This document shows, piece by piece, positions 28,479-37,800 of a stretch of DNA of 64,000 nt. The DNA comes from Acutalibacteraceae bacterium (GTDB taxonomy: Bacteria; Bacillota; Clostridia; Oscillospirales; Acutalibacteraceae). The DNA is taken from NCBI GenBank assembly GCA_045592085.1, contig JAZNUD010000018.1, positions 5,145-69,144 on the forward strand, in the 5' to 3' direction. A program made the position numbers and the translations under genes. A model generated the notes under the pieces. The model was not told where the DNA came from, made no database searches, and was given only the letters and a program-made list of their open reading frames with translations. Numbering within the stretch: position 1 is the stretch's first letter; each line of letters starts with the position of its first letter.

Positions 28479-29699
28479 CTACCTTTCGTTTTGCGAAATT
28501 ATTTTTTCGTACAGGTCAACGTATTCATCAAATTTTTTCTTCATATCAAAATTCATTGCTTGTTTTCTGCAGTTTTCTTTGCTGTAAGGATGAGTTGTGC
28601 ATATTCTGGTTATTTCATTTATCATTGCATCAACATCATTTTTCTCGACTACGCTGCCGCTTTGAGGAGAAATACACTCAGGACTACCGCCTGTTTTGAA
28701 CGTGACAACGGGAGTTCCGCAGGCGTTTGCTTCTATGTTGACAAGACCGAGTGCTTCTTCTCGTGTGGGATTAACAAAAAGATCAGCAACGGAATAAATA
28801 TCTGCAAGTTCAGCTTGGTTATTGGTTTTATGAATGGATATGATTGACGGATGAAGAAGCTTATCGGTTTCTTCGGTGGTACCAACCAGAACGATCTGAT
28901 ATTTTTCGAAATCCAATTTGTGAGCCAATTCGTTAAATACGTCAAGTCCTTTTCTTTTTCCCCAACCAAAAGAAACGCCGAGAAGCATATGTTTGTTTTT
29001 CGGAATTCCATATTTTTCTTTAACATCATTTGCAGACTTTTTAAATACACTAAGATCTATACCGTTGTGGATTGTTTGTATGGAATAATGCCCTAAATAT
29101 GATTCTGCGACGCACGACGCCAGCCACTCAGAAGGAGTTACGATGGTCAGGTTTTTAATTCCGCTAAACCATCTCTTTTTAAGTTTCCACATTGTTTTTG
29201 TGCGGTCAACTTTAGATGACGGATATATGTGAGTTTGCTCGCAGTTATGGCAACCGGTTTTCCATTTTGAACAATTTACCATATCAAAATGAGCACACTG
29301 TCCTGTAAATGACCAGCAATCATGAAGGGTCCAGACAACGGGAATATCCTTTTTCTTTATGTAATAAAACAAAAGAGGAAGATTGATATAGCAGTTATGG
29401 AGATTATGAAGCTGAATTAAATCCGGTTTGATTTTTTTTGCTGTATGAAGAAATTTTAAAGTAGCAAAAAAAGAACCGCATCCATTGAGACCGGTGTATG
29501 TGTTGAGCTTGGTGTGCAGATAGAATGCGAGTTTATTACCAATCAGAATGCTGTTTTTTATGTTTTTTGCACGGTTGAGTCTGTTGTTCTGATAAGCCAC
29601 CCAGACATTGTGTCTCCTGGTTTCAGCTGTTTGAACTATTTGAAGCATTATCTTTCCGGTGCTTCCGTAATTGCAGGTGTTGATTTCAAGAATGTTCAC
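28479..29699 (-). CDS. Glycosyltransferase GT4 (WcaC-like)
   Basis: GSTGKI, LHNLHN, WTLHDCWSFTGQC and EEALGLVNIEANACGTPV motifs. Confidence 0.9.
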   Translation of the reverse strand: MNILEINTCNYGSTGKIMLQIVQTAETRRHNVWVAYQNNRLNRAKNIKNSILIGNKLAFYLHTKLNTYTGLNGCGSFFATLKFLHTAKKIKPDLIQLHNLHNCYINLPLLFYYIKKKDIPVVWTLHDCWSFTGQCAHFDMVNCSKWKTGCHNCEQTHIYPSSKVDRTKTMWKLKKRWFSGIKNLTIVTPSEWLASCVAESYLGHYSIQTIHNGIDLSVFKKSANDVKEKYGIPKNKHMLLGVSFGWGKRKGLDVFNELAHKLDFEKYQIVLVGTTEETDKLLHPSIISIHKTNNQAELADIYSVADLFVNPTREEALGLVNIEANACGTPVVTFKTGGSPECISPQSGSVVEKNDVDAMINEITRICTTHPYSKENCRKQAMNFDMKKKFDEYVDLYEKIISQNER

Positions 29700-29872
29700 A
29701 CAGACCCCTCCCTATTTTTAAATAATTATATCATAGCAACCGATATAATTCAAGATGGGATTCTATCGGTTGAAATATAACACGAAAAATTATTGTTTGT
29801 TATTGAAAAACAATAGTGATTGTGTATAATTGAATTGGAAAACTTATGTTAATGAAATCGGAGTGATTGTAG

Positions 29873-31345
29873 GTGCATACGAAAAACAACATTTTTTTAT
29901 TTTGTTTGAACAGTACTGATGGTGTTGAAGAAATCAAAATCAATAAACATTCAATTGGCAGACACAACTTATATACCGACAAAAGTACCCCTGTTCAATG
30001 TGCACAGAGCGGTGACAGAGAGATTATCATTTTCGGCTATGCCGTTGACGTTTTCAGCGGTCAGTGCGATAATCTTGCTCAGACGATTCTTGAAAGCACT
30101 GCTTCGTTTGCCGACGTTATTGAATATGAAAAGAAGCTCGGCGGTAAGTACGTGATTTTTTATTCCGAAAATGGTAAGAGCTATTGTCTCGGCGATGCAA
30201 CCTGCAGCGTGCCCGTGTTTTATTCGGTGGGGTTATCGGAATTTGTTTGCTGCAGCAATCCGCAGACGATAATCAAAAAATTCAACCTCGCGCCCGACCC
30301 TTACCTTCAGGGAATTCGTGACAGCGGTCCTCTGAATCAGGCTATGCCCTACGACGTTACGCCTTATAAAGAGATAAAACAGCTTCTTCCGAATCATTAT
30401 CTTGACTTTTCAGAGAGCAAGGCTGTCAGGTTTATCAATTCCGCCGAAAAGCAAAAGACAATTACCCCTGAAAAGGCTGCCGAAATCACTGCCCCGATGA
30501 TTGAAAAAATCGCAAAAATGTATTCATCCCGTTTCAAAATAATCTGTCCGCTTACTTCGGGAAGAGACAGCAGGGTGGTGTACGCTTTTCTGAAAAAGGT
30601 TCACGGTCAGGTTGATTCTTATACAATCTGGAAGGACAGCTTCAAAAAGGACAGCCAGGACTGGGACGTGCCCGTTGCACTTGCAAAATTGAACAACGCC
30701 CATCATGAGCAGATTTACAGAGAAACCGTTACCGATGAAATGAAAAGAGAGATGGACGAAATTCTCGGCGTGAACGGTTATCCCGAGGATGCGTTTGTGC
30801 TTTCCGTAACCGTTAACAAGCACTACGGTGACTCTGCGACGATGGAAGGCGATATAATCGGACAGGTTGGCAAGTGCTCTCTGCACAGAGATATCCCTTC
30901 GGTGCTTGCAACGCCTGCGTATTTCAGATGCAAGCTCCATAACTACAGCAACGGTGCGAAAAAACTTCTTAAATGCTGGTTAAAGGAGATAAAGCAGGCG
31001 GGTGAGCAGGTTAATACCTTTGATCTGTTTTCGGTTGAAAACAGATTAGGTGTCTGGGCATCGCATACTCATCTGATACGAAACGTTATGGGTCAGATGT
31101 ACGTCAACATTTTCAATTCAAGAAGCATAATTTACGTGCTCACTGCGGTTGACAGAGCTAAACGAATGAAATCCGAAGTCCATATCGAGCTTATCAAAAA
31201 GGCGGCTCCCGAGCTTCTTGAGATTCCGTTTGAGCAGGAGAAAAGCGGCTTGATTAACGCCGCAAAATCCAATGCGTTTGTATTCTACGGAGCATCTTTT
31301 GCAAAATATTACGTGCAGAAACAAAAGTTTTTCAAAAACAGATGA
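29873..31345 (+). CDS. Asparagine-synthetase-related ATP pyrophosphatase protein
   Basis: LGGKY, DATCSVPVFY, QLLPNHYLD and PP-loop PLTSGRDSR; no N-terminal Cys nucleophile. Confidence 0.7.
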   Translation: MHTKNNIFLFCLNSTDGVEEIKINKHSIGRHNLYTDKSTPVQCAQSGDREIIIFGYAVDVFSGQCDNLAQTILESTASFADVIEYEKKLGGKYVIFYSENGKSYCLGDATCSVPVFYSVGLSEFVCCSNPQTIIKKFNLAPDPYLQGIRDSGPLNQAMPYDVTPYKEIKQLLPNHYLDFSESKAVRFINSAEKQKTITPEKAAEITAPMIEKIAKMYSSRFKIICPLTSGRDSRVVYAFLKKVHGQVDSYTIWKDSFKKDSQDWDVPVALAKLNNAHHEQIYRETVTDEMKREMDEILGVNGYPEDAFVLSVTVNKHYGDSATMEGDIIGQVGKCSLHRDIPSVLATPAYFRCKLHNYSNGAKKLLKCWLKEIKQAGEQVNTFDLFSVENRLGVWASHTHLIRNVMGQMYVNIFNSRSIIYVLTAVDRAKRMKSEVHIELIKKAAPELLEIPFEQEKSGLINAAKSNAFVFYGASFAKYYVQKQKFFKNR

Positions 31346-31353
31346 TACGAAAA

Positions 31354-31392
31354 CACCCTGCGGTACGGTGCGTACGGCAGGGTGCTCTTTTG
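31354..31392. terminator. Terminator between convergent genes
   Basis: CACCCTGC.GTACG / CGTAC.GCAGGGTG stem with T-rich flank. Confidence 0.65.
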
Positions 31393-32304
31393 TTATTTTT
31401 TTGTTCTTTGCTCTATGGTGTTTTTCAGCAGTGCGGCGCACTCGCCCACGAAATCAAAGGGGGAGGTTGCGACAGCCGTTATGCCTTCGCCAATCATTTT
31501 GTGATATATGGAGTTTCTTCTGTAGGCAATCGCCATAATGGCGTGATATCTGAATTTGACGTAACGGATTTCTTTTTTGCTGAGCTTCGGGAAATAACGG
31601 GTTTTAATCTGATAAAGATTTTTCTCACCCTGAATCTTATTCTTGCTGAATGAAATGCTGCCTTCGGCGCTGATTGTATGCAGAACAACGTTAACGTCCA
31701 TATATCTTATGCGAAGTCCGCCTTCGATAGCTTTAAGAGTGAGAATGAATTCCTGACCGCAAAGCGCGTTATCAAATCCGCCTATCTGACGGAGCTTTTC
31801 GGCTCTGAACATATAGGTTGACGTGCCTGTGAGATGATAAAGCAGATGATATCTCAAAAGCGATTCGTTATCATATGCAGGAATATCTTTGAAATCTCTT
31901 ACCTCAACGGGATGACCGTTTTTACACATAACCGTGTTCGAAAACGTCATATCGCAGTCGTTTTCAATCATAAACCTGAGCTGATTTTCAATCTTTTCGG
32001 GTTTATATTCATCATCGTCATCAAGAAAGGTGATGTATTCGCCTCTTGAAGCGTCTATTCCGCGATTACGGGCAAGTGAACCGCCGAGATTCTTTTCATT
32101 CTGAATATATACAATATTATCGAGACCGAGAGATTCAACGTACGCCTTGACTTCGGGTCTTTTTTCATAGGTATCGGGGCTGTCGTCGATAATAACGATT
32201 TCAACGTTTTTATACGTCTGATTCAAAACTGAATTGACCGCAGTTGAAAGAATTTCGACCTCTCTTTTGTATGTAGGGATTACAACTGAAACAAGATAGT
32301 CCAT
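31393..32304 (-). CDS. Glycosyltransferase GT2
   Basis: VSVVIPTYKR, IIDDS, GGSLARNRGI and FLDDDD motifs. Confidence 0.92.
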   Translation of the reverse strand: MDYLVSVVIPTYKREVEILSTAVNSVLNQTYKNVEIVIIDDSPDTYEKRPEVKAYVESLGLDNIVYIQNEKNLGGSLARNRGIDASRGEYITFLDDDDEYKPEKIENQLRFMIENDCDMTFSNTVMCKNGHPVEVRDFKDIPAYDNESLLRYHLLYHLTGTSTYMFRAEKLRQIGGFDNALCGQEFILTLKAIEGGLRIRYMDVNVVLHTISAEGSISFSKNKIQGEKNLYQIKTRYFPKLSKKEIRYVKFRYHAIMAIAYRRNSIYHKMIGEGITAVATSPFDFVGECAALLKNTIEQRTKK

Positions 32305-32334
32305 ATGATTAGCTCCATATTCGATATTAATAAA

Positions 32335-32416
32335 ATTATACTCCGCAATCGATTCTTTGTCAATCTCACAGTGTGAATTATAAGGTGTTGAAAAAGCGGA
32401 GACAATTGTGTATAAT
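32335..32416. promoter_or_regulatory. Divergent sigma-A promoters for the GT2 and GT4 genes
   Basis: Minus strand TTGACA(32363-32358)-17-TATAAT(32340-32335); plus strand TTGAAA(32388)-17-TATAAT(32411-32416). Confidence 0.75.
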
Positions 32417-32453
32417 TATCACAGATTAAGAGCGAAGGAAGGGAGACGGAAAA

Positions 32454-33557
32454 ATGCGCATTTTTCATATAAACTGCAATTACGTCGGGAACGCTCTCCA
32501 TCAGATTATGGCGGAAAACCTCGAGGAACTCGGATACGTCAATCAGATTTACGTTCCCGTTTACAGCAAAGGAGTTTCCGTGATTACGCCCAACGAAAAC
32601 GTCTGTGTGAGCGAGTGCTTCAAAAAGTGGGACAGACTTGTTTTCGACTATAAGCAGGAGAAGATTTATAAAGACGTTGTTTCAAAATTCAACGTTGCCG
32701 AATACGATTGTATCCACGCCTACACGCTTTTTACTGACGGAAACTGTGCACGCAGGCTTTCGAAGAAATACGGTATTCCGTACGTGGTGGCGGTAAGAAA
32801 TACGGATGTTAATTCCTTTTTTCGTCTGATGCCTCATCTGCGTAAAAGGGGTATTAAAACGATGCTCAACGCTTCGGCAGTGTTCTTTTTGTCGGAGGCT
32901 TACAGAAAGCAGGTTTTTGATAAGTACGTTCCTGAAAAATACCGTGAAGAAATACTGAAAAAAACTTATATCATACCCAACGGAATTGATGATTTCTGGC
33001 TCGGAGAAGCTCCCGATAACATCGGAGGATTCAAATCCGATGAACTGAAGCTCATTTATGCAGGCAGAATCGATAAAAATAAAAATATTCCGACAACGCA
33101 GAGGGCGATGCAGCTTCTTCGTAAGGAGGGCATAAACGCAACGCTCACGGTGGTCGGCAGGGTTGAGGATAAGGACGAATTCGATGAGATAATGAGAGAT
33201 GAATTCACAAGCCATATTCCCAATCAAAAAAAAGACGGATTGCGTGAGCTATACAGAGAGCACGATATTTTTGTTATGCCGTCGTTTACGGAGTCATTCG
33301 GGCTTGTTTATGCCGAGGCAATGAGTCAGGGTCTGCCTGTTGTTTATTCGGCAGGGCAGGGCTTTGACGGGCATTTTGAGGACGGCAGGATTGGCTTCAG
33401 AATCGATTCCCACAGCCCCGAATCGGTTGCTCAGGCGATAAAAAAGATTATCTCGGATTATTCTGAAATTGCCTCACACACGGTTTCGGGTGCACATAAA
33501 TTCAATTGGTCTGAGATTGTAAAGGAATACGATGCTGTTTACAAAAGAATAAAATGA
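32454..33557 (+). CDS. Glycosyltransferase GT4
   Basis: IPNGID, YAGRIDKNKN and FVMPSFTESFGLVYAEAMSQGLPV motifs. Confidence 0.92.
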   Translation: MRIFHINCNYVGNALHQIMAENLEELGYVNQIYVPVYSKGVSVITPNENVCVSECFKKWDRLVFDYKQEKIYKDVVSKFNVAEYDCIHAYTLFTDGNCARRLSKKYGIPYVVAVRNTDVNSFFRLMPHLRKRGIKTMLNASAVFFLSEAYRKQVFDKYVPEKYREEILKKTYIIPNGIDDFWLGEAPDNIGGFKSDELKLIYAGRIDKNKNIPTTQRAMQLLRKEGINATLTVVGRVEDKDEFDEIMRDEFTSHIPNQKKDGLRELYREHDIFVMPSFTESFGLVYAEAMSQGLPVVYSAGQGFDGHFEDGRIGFRIDSHSPESVAQAIKKIISDYSEIASHTVSGAHKFNWSEIVKEYDAVYKRIK

Positions 33558-33562
33558 CTGAT

Positions 33563-33595
33563 AACCGCTCGGAGAGATTCTTCGGGCGGTTTTTT
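33563..33595 (+). terminator. Intrinsic terminator ending the polysaccharide locus
   Basis: AACCGCTCGGA/TTCGGGCGGTT stem followed by a T-tract. Confidence 0.75.
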
Positions 33596-33655
33596 GCAGG
33601 TATTTTTTGTTTCATTCTGCAGATAATAAATAAAAATATTTTCTGAGGTGAAATT

Positions 33656-34702
33656 ATGGCTCAAAGGCTTGGCAAATATACGCTTTTACTTCCGTCAAGA
33701 CCCGAAATAACGGGGTATGCCGCTGTCGGCGGCAAAAAAGAAGGCGAGGGGCCGCTCGGTACAAAGTTTGATTATGTATATGACGATTCCGCCGCAGGTG
33801 AAAAAACCTGGGAAAAGGCGGAAAGCACCATTCACGGCGATGCGGTGCGCAGGGCAATTTCCAAAGCAGGCCTTACCGATGAGCAGGTGAACGTTATTTT
33901 TGCAGGTGACCTGCTCAATCAGTGCATCGGCACGACCTTCGGCATCAGAGAAACGGGAATTCCGTTTGCAGGTGTTTACGGTGCGTGTTCAACGATGGCG
34001 CTTTCAATGGCAATGGCGGCGGTAAGCGTTGACGGCTCGGTTGCCGAAACGGCGGTTGCTTCAACCTCATCGCATTTTTGCTCTGCGGAAAAGCAATTCC
34101 GTATGCCGCTTGAATACGGCGGTCAACGTACCCCCACAGCTCAATGGACTGCAACCGCGGCAGGCGCAACGGTCATCGGCAGGGGAAGACCGATAGTTGA
34201 TTCAGGCAAGGGGACGGCGGTTATCGAAAAAATCATCATCGGCAGAATCTGCGATTACGGCATCAAGGATGCCAACAATATGGGTGCGGCTATGGCACCT
34301 GCCGCCTGTGCAACGATAGCCGATTTTCTGCGTGACACAAACACCGGACCCGAGGATTACGATATGATTCTTACGGGTGACCTCGGAGCGGTCGGCTCAA
34401 CGCTTCTGCGTGAGCTTATGGTTAAGCAGGAGAATATCGATATCAGCTCTGTGCACGCTGATTGCGGTCTGATTCTTTTTGACGTTGCAAAGCAGAAGGA
34501 CGTCGGTGCTGGCGGCTCGGGATGCGGATGCAGCGGAGCGGTGCTTTGCAGTGAAATTCTGCCCAAAATCGAAAGCGGAGAGCTTAAAAAGGTGCTTTTT
34601 GTCGGTACGGGTGCGCTTATGTCGAGTGTTTCGTCGCTTCAGAACGAAAGCATTCCTGCAGTTGCCCACGGAATTCTCATTAAAGGCGGTGACGTTGAAT
34701 GA
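33656..34702 (+). CDS. spoVAD: Stage V sporulation protein AD (dipicolinate-binding)
   Basis: KEGEGPLG, WEKAES, AGDLLNQC, YGACST, SSHFCSAEKQFR.PLEYGGQR, NMGAAMAPAA and GGSGCGC motifs. Confidence 0.95.
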   Translation: MAQRLGKYTLLLPSRPEITGYAAVGGKKEGEGPLGTKFDYVYDDSAAGEKTWEKAESTIHGDAVRRAISKAGLTDEQVNVIFAGDLLNQCIGTTFGIRETGIPFAGVYGACSTMALSMAMAAVSVDGSVAETAVASTSSHFCSAEKQFRMPLEYGGQRTPTAQWTATAAGATVIGRGRPIVDSGKGTAVIEKIIIGRICDYGIKDANNMGAAMAPAACATIADFLRDTNTGPEDYDMILTGDLGAVGSTLLRELMVKQENIDISSVHADCGLILFDVAKQKDVGAGGSGCGCSGAVLCSEILPKIESGELKKVLFVGTGALMSSVSSLQNESIPAVAHGILIKGGDVE

Positions 34703-34839
34703 ACAGACTCAAGACCTCTCTCCACGCAGTCAATCTCGCTGTGCGCACCGTAAAACTTGCCGATGCGGTCAAGAAAACAGCGATTATTGCTGCAATCGGA
34801 GTTTGCTGCTTTATGTTGATTAAGGAGAAAGGCGAATGA
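34699..34839 (+). CDS. Small 46-aa hypothetical protein with hydrophobic C-terminal segment
   Basis: MNRLKTSLHAVNLAVRTVKLADAVKKTAIIAAIGVCCFMLIKEKGE; ATGA overlaps with both spoVAD and the next gene; AAAGGCGG RBS-like sequence. Confidence 0.6.
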   Translation: MNRLKTSLHAVNLAVRTVKLADAVKKTAIIAAIGVCCFMLIKEKGE

Positions 34840-37800
34840 AGAGAAAAATGAAAGAGGCACTTTCCGTTTTCCGGAGAGGAATGCGTGAAGAGAATCTCTG
34901 CCTTGCAGATAACTATTATTTGCTCGTGAATGCCGCAGAAAGTGTGCGAAAGGGATTGAAAGGCATAAAAAGGCGTATTCGGGGGAAGAATTTCCCCGAT
35001 TCGCTTTTTGAATCCTGCATAAAACTGTGTAAAAACGGTAAATTGCCCTCCGATGAAGAAATAGTCGAGTTTTTCGGCGGAAAATCGGGGTCGCTGACGG
35101 CGGAATATCTGCCGTTGTGCATTACGGGTGCGTTGGTTGAATACGCTGCAAGGGGCGTGAAAACGAAAAATCAGAATATGCTTGTTGAAGCGGTGCGCTC
35201 AATCCGAAGGATTCCCGAGCTGGATTTCGAAAAAATCTCGGCATATCTGAGCGAAACCGAGGGATTTTTGCGCCGAGACGAACTCTATCCGATGCTCGAT
35301 GAAGAAACACGGGCATATTATCGCCGCAGTATATCATCAAGAGCACGAAAAAAGCGTGTCAGTGAAAGAGATTTTGTCCTCAATGCGCTCGAAAAAGCCG
35401 AAAAGAATTCCTGCCATATCGGCAGATACATTATTCCGACTTCAAAAAAGAAAACAAGGGGCAGGCTGCTTATTGCAATGCAATTCCTGATGCCTGCGGT
35501 GGTTTGTGCGGCATCGGGGATTCTTTTCGGATTCGGATTTTTGACATTTTTATGCTATATACCGTTTTATATGATATTCAGGCGCCCCATCGAGAGCGCA
35601 ATAATGACGGGTGTTGTGCCTGAGCGGCTTCCGAGACTTAAAGCAGATATAGCGCAGGTTCAGACCGTACCCGTTATGCTGACGGTTTCAACCCTTATTC
35701 CTGCGCCTGAAAAGGCATCAAATTTCGGAAAACGGCTTGAAAAGCTGTATCTTTCCAATAAAACCGAGGGGCTGACGGTTTGCTGCCTTGCCGATTTCAA
35801 GGGTGCGCCGTCACCGTCTGTGCCCGAGGATAAAACCTGCGTGAGTGCGATGTGTTCTGTTATCGATAAGCTGAATAAAAAGTATTCGGGCGGCTTTGTA
35901 TTTGCCGTGCGTGAAAGAGTCTACTCGAAAACTCAGGACGAATATACGGGCAGAGAACGAAAACGGGGAGCAATCACCGACTTTGTGGATGCAATCGGTG
36001 GCAAATCGGACGGTTTCAGCCTGATTTACGGTGACAAATCGTCGCTGAACAGAATCCGCTATATTTTTGCTCTTGATGCCGACAGTGTTCCCGAATTCAA
36101 CGCCGTTTCAAAGCTCGTTGCGATTGCGGAGCATCCGCTTAACCGACCCGTTATCGATGAAAAGGCAGGCAGAGTGACAAGCGGCTACGGGATTATCGTC
36201 CCGAAATCCGAAAACCGTATACGCTACGAGAATTCGACCCTGTTTGAACGGATAATGTCGGGTGCGGGTGCGACGGGCGGATATGACAGACTTGCAGGTG
36301 AAAAATACCGTGACCTTTTCGGCGAGAGCATTTTCTGCGGAAAAGGTCTTATTGACGTTGAGGCGTACCGCAGACTGCTCGGCGATTTGCATTCCGAGCG
36401 GATTCTAAGCCACGACAGCGTGGAGAGCGGTTATCTGAGGGCAGGTCTTGCAGGCGACGTGACGGTAACGGATGCTTTTGTGGCAGATGCAGGCGGATAT
36501 TTCAGCCGTCTGGGCAGATGGGTCAGGGGAGACTGGCAGAATGCCCCGTTTATTTTCGGAAAAAATCCTCTGAATGCTCTTTCAAGATACAAGCTTTTTG
36601 ACAATATTTTCCGAAGCCTTTTCAAGCCGTTTTGCGTTGCGGCGATTGCGGCTTCGCTGTTTCTCGGACAGAGAGAAAGCGTCTGTACGGCGGCGATATC
36701 TCTTATTGCTCTGTGTATAGACGATATATATTCGGCAATCAGCTCCGTAAGCAAGGGCGGCATTGCATCGGCTTCAAGGAAATACTATTCCTTTACTGCA
36801 CCCGAATCAATTCTTTGTATCGCAAGAGGATTCGTTTCGGTTGCGTTTTCGGTCAGAGAGAGCTTTGTATGTGTGTTTTCCGCAATAAAAGCGGTCTGGC
36901 GGATGACCGTCACGAAGCGAAACCTCCTTGAATGGGTGCCTGCAGGGTCAGCAAAAGGAAAAACAGCGGCGAAAATTCTTTCCTGCGCATTGCCTCTCGC
37001 GGCATCGGTGCTGTTGTTCGTTTTCGGAATGCCGATACACCGTCTTTTCGCGTTGATTCTGATTTGTGATGCACCGTTGTTTTTCTTTTCGGGAGTCAGG
37101 AAACGCATTTCTGCGCCGGAAATCACCGCCGAAAACAGAGAAAAGCTCCTTGCGTATGCAGGCGCAACCTGGAGCTTTTTCAGTGAGCTTTGCACAAGCG
37201 AAAACAGTTTTTTGCCGCCCGATAATATTCAGCTTTCGCCCGTCAGAGCAGTTGCAAAACGCACATCGCCGACCAATATCGGATTAATGCTTGTTTCGTT
37301 TCTTGCGGCAAGAGATCTGGGCTTCATCACGACGCAGGAAATGTATATGCGCCTTGAAATGAGCCTGAAAACCGTTGATAAGCTTGAAAAGTTCAAGGGA
37401 AATCTGCTCAACTGGTATTCAACGTCGGATTGCGTGCCGCTTGAGCCGAGATACGTTTCAACCGTTGACAGCGGCAATTTTCTGTGCTGTTTAACGGCTC
37501 TCAAAGAAGGCATTGCAGAATATATCGGTGAATTTCCGTCACTTGCCGAAACGGCAAAAAAGATTCAGCGTTTAATTGATGAAACCGACCTTTCGATGCT
37601 CTATAACCGTCGCCGCAAACTCTTTCATATAGGAATCGACCCCGAAACGGGCGAAAAAAGCGGAAGCTACTACGATTTGCTGATGAGTGAATCAAGAATG
37701 ACGTCGTATTTTGCCGTTGCGAAGCGTATTGTACCCGAAAATCATTGGGATTCACTCGGGAGAATCTGTGTCGGTGCAGGCAGACATATCGGCTTTGCGT

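Noticed and set aside
26890-32450. Invertible phase-variation segment explaining the reversed genes
   Set aside because: No flanking inverted repeats or recombinase seen; each unit has its own promoter or terminator.
33596-33635. SigG/SigF promoter for spoVAD (GTATT...GATAATA)
   Set aside because: The match is too degenerate in AT-rich sequence to call by eye.
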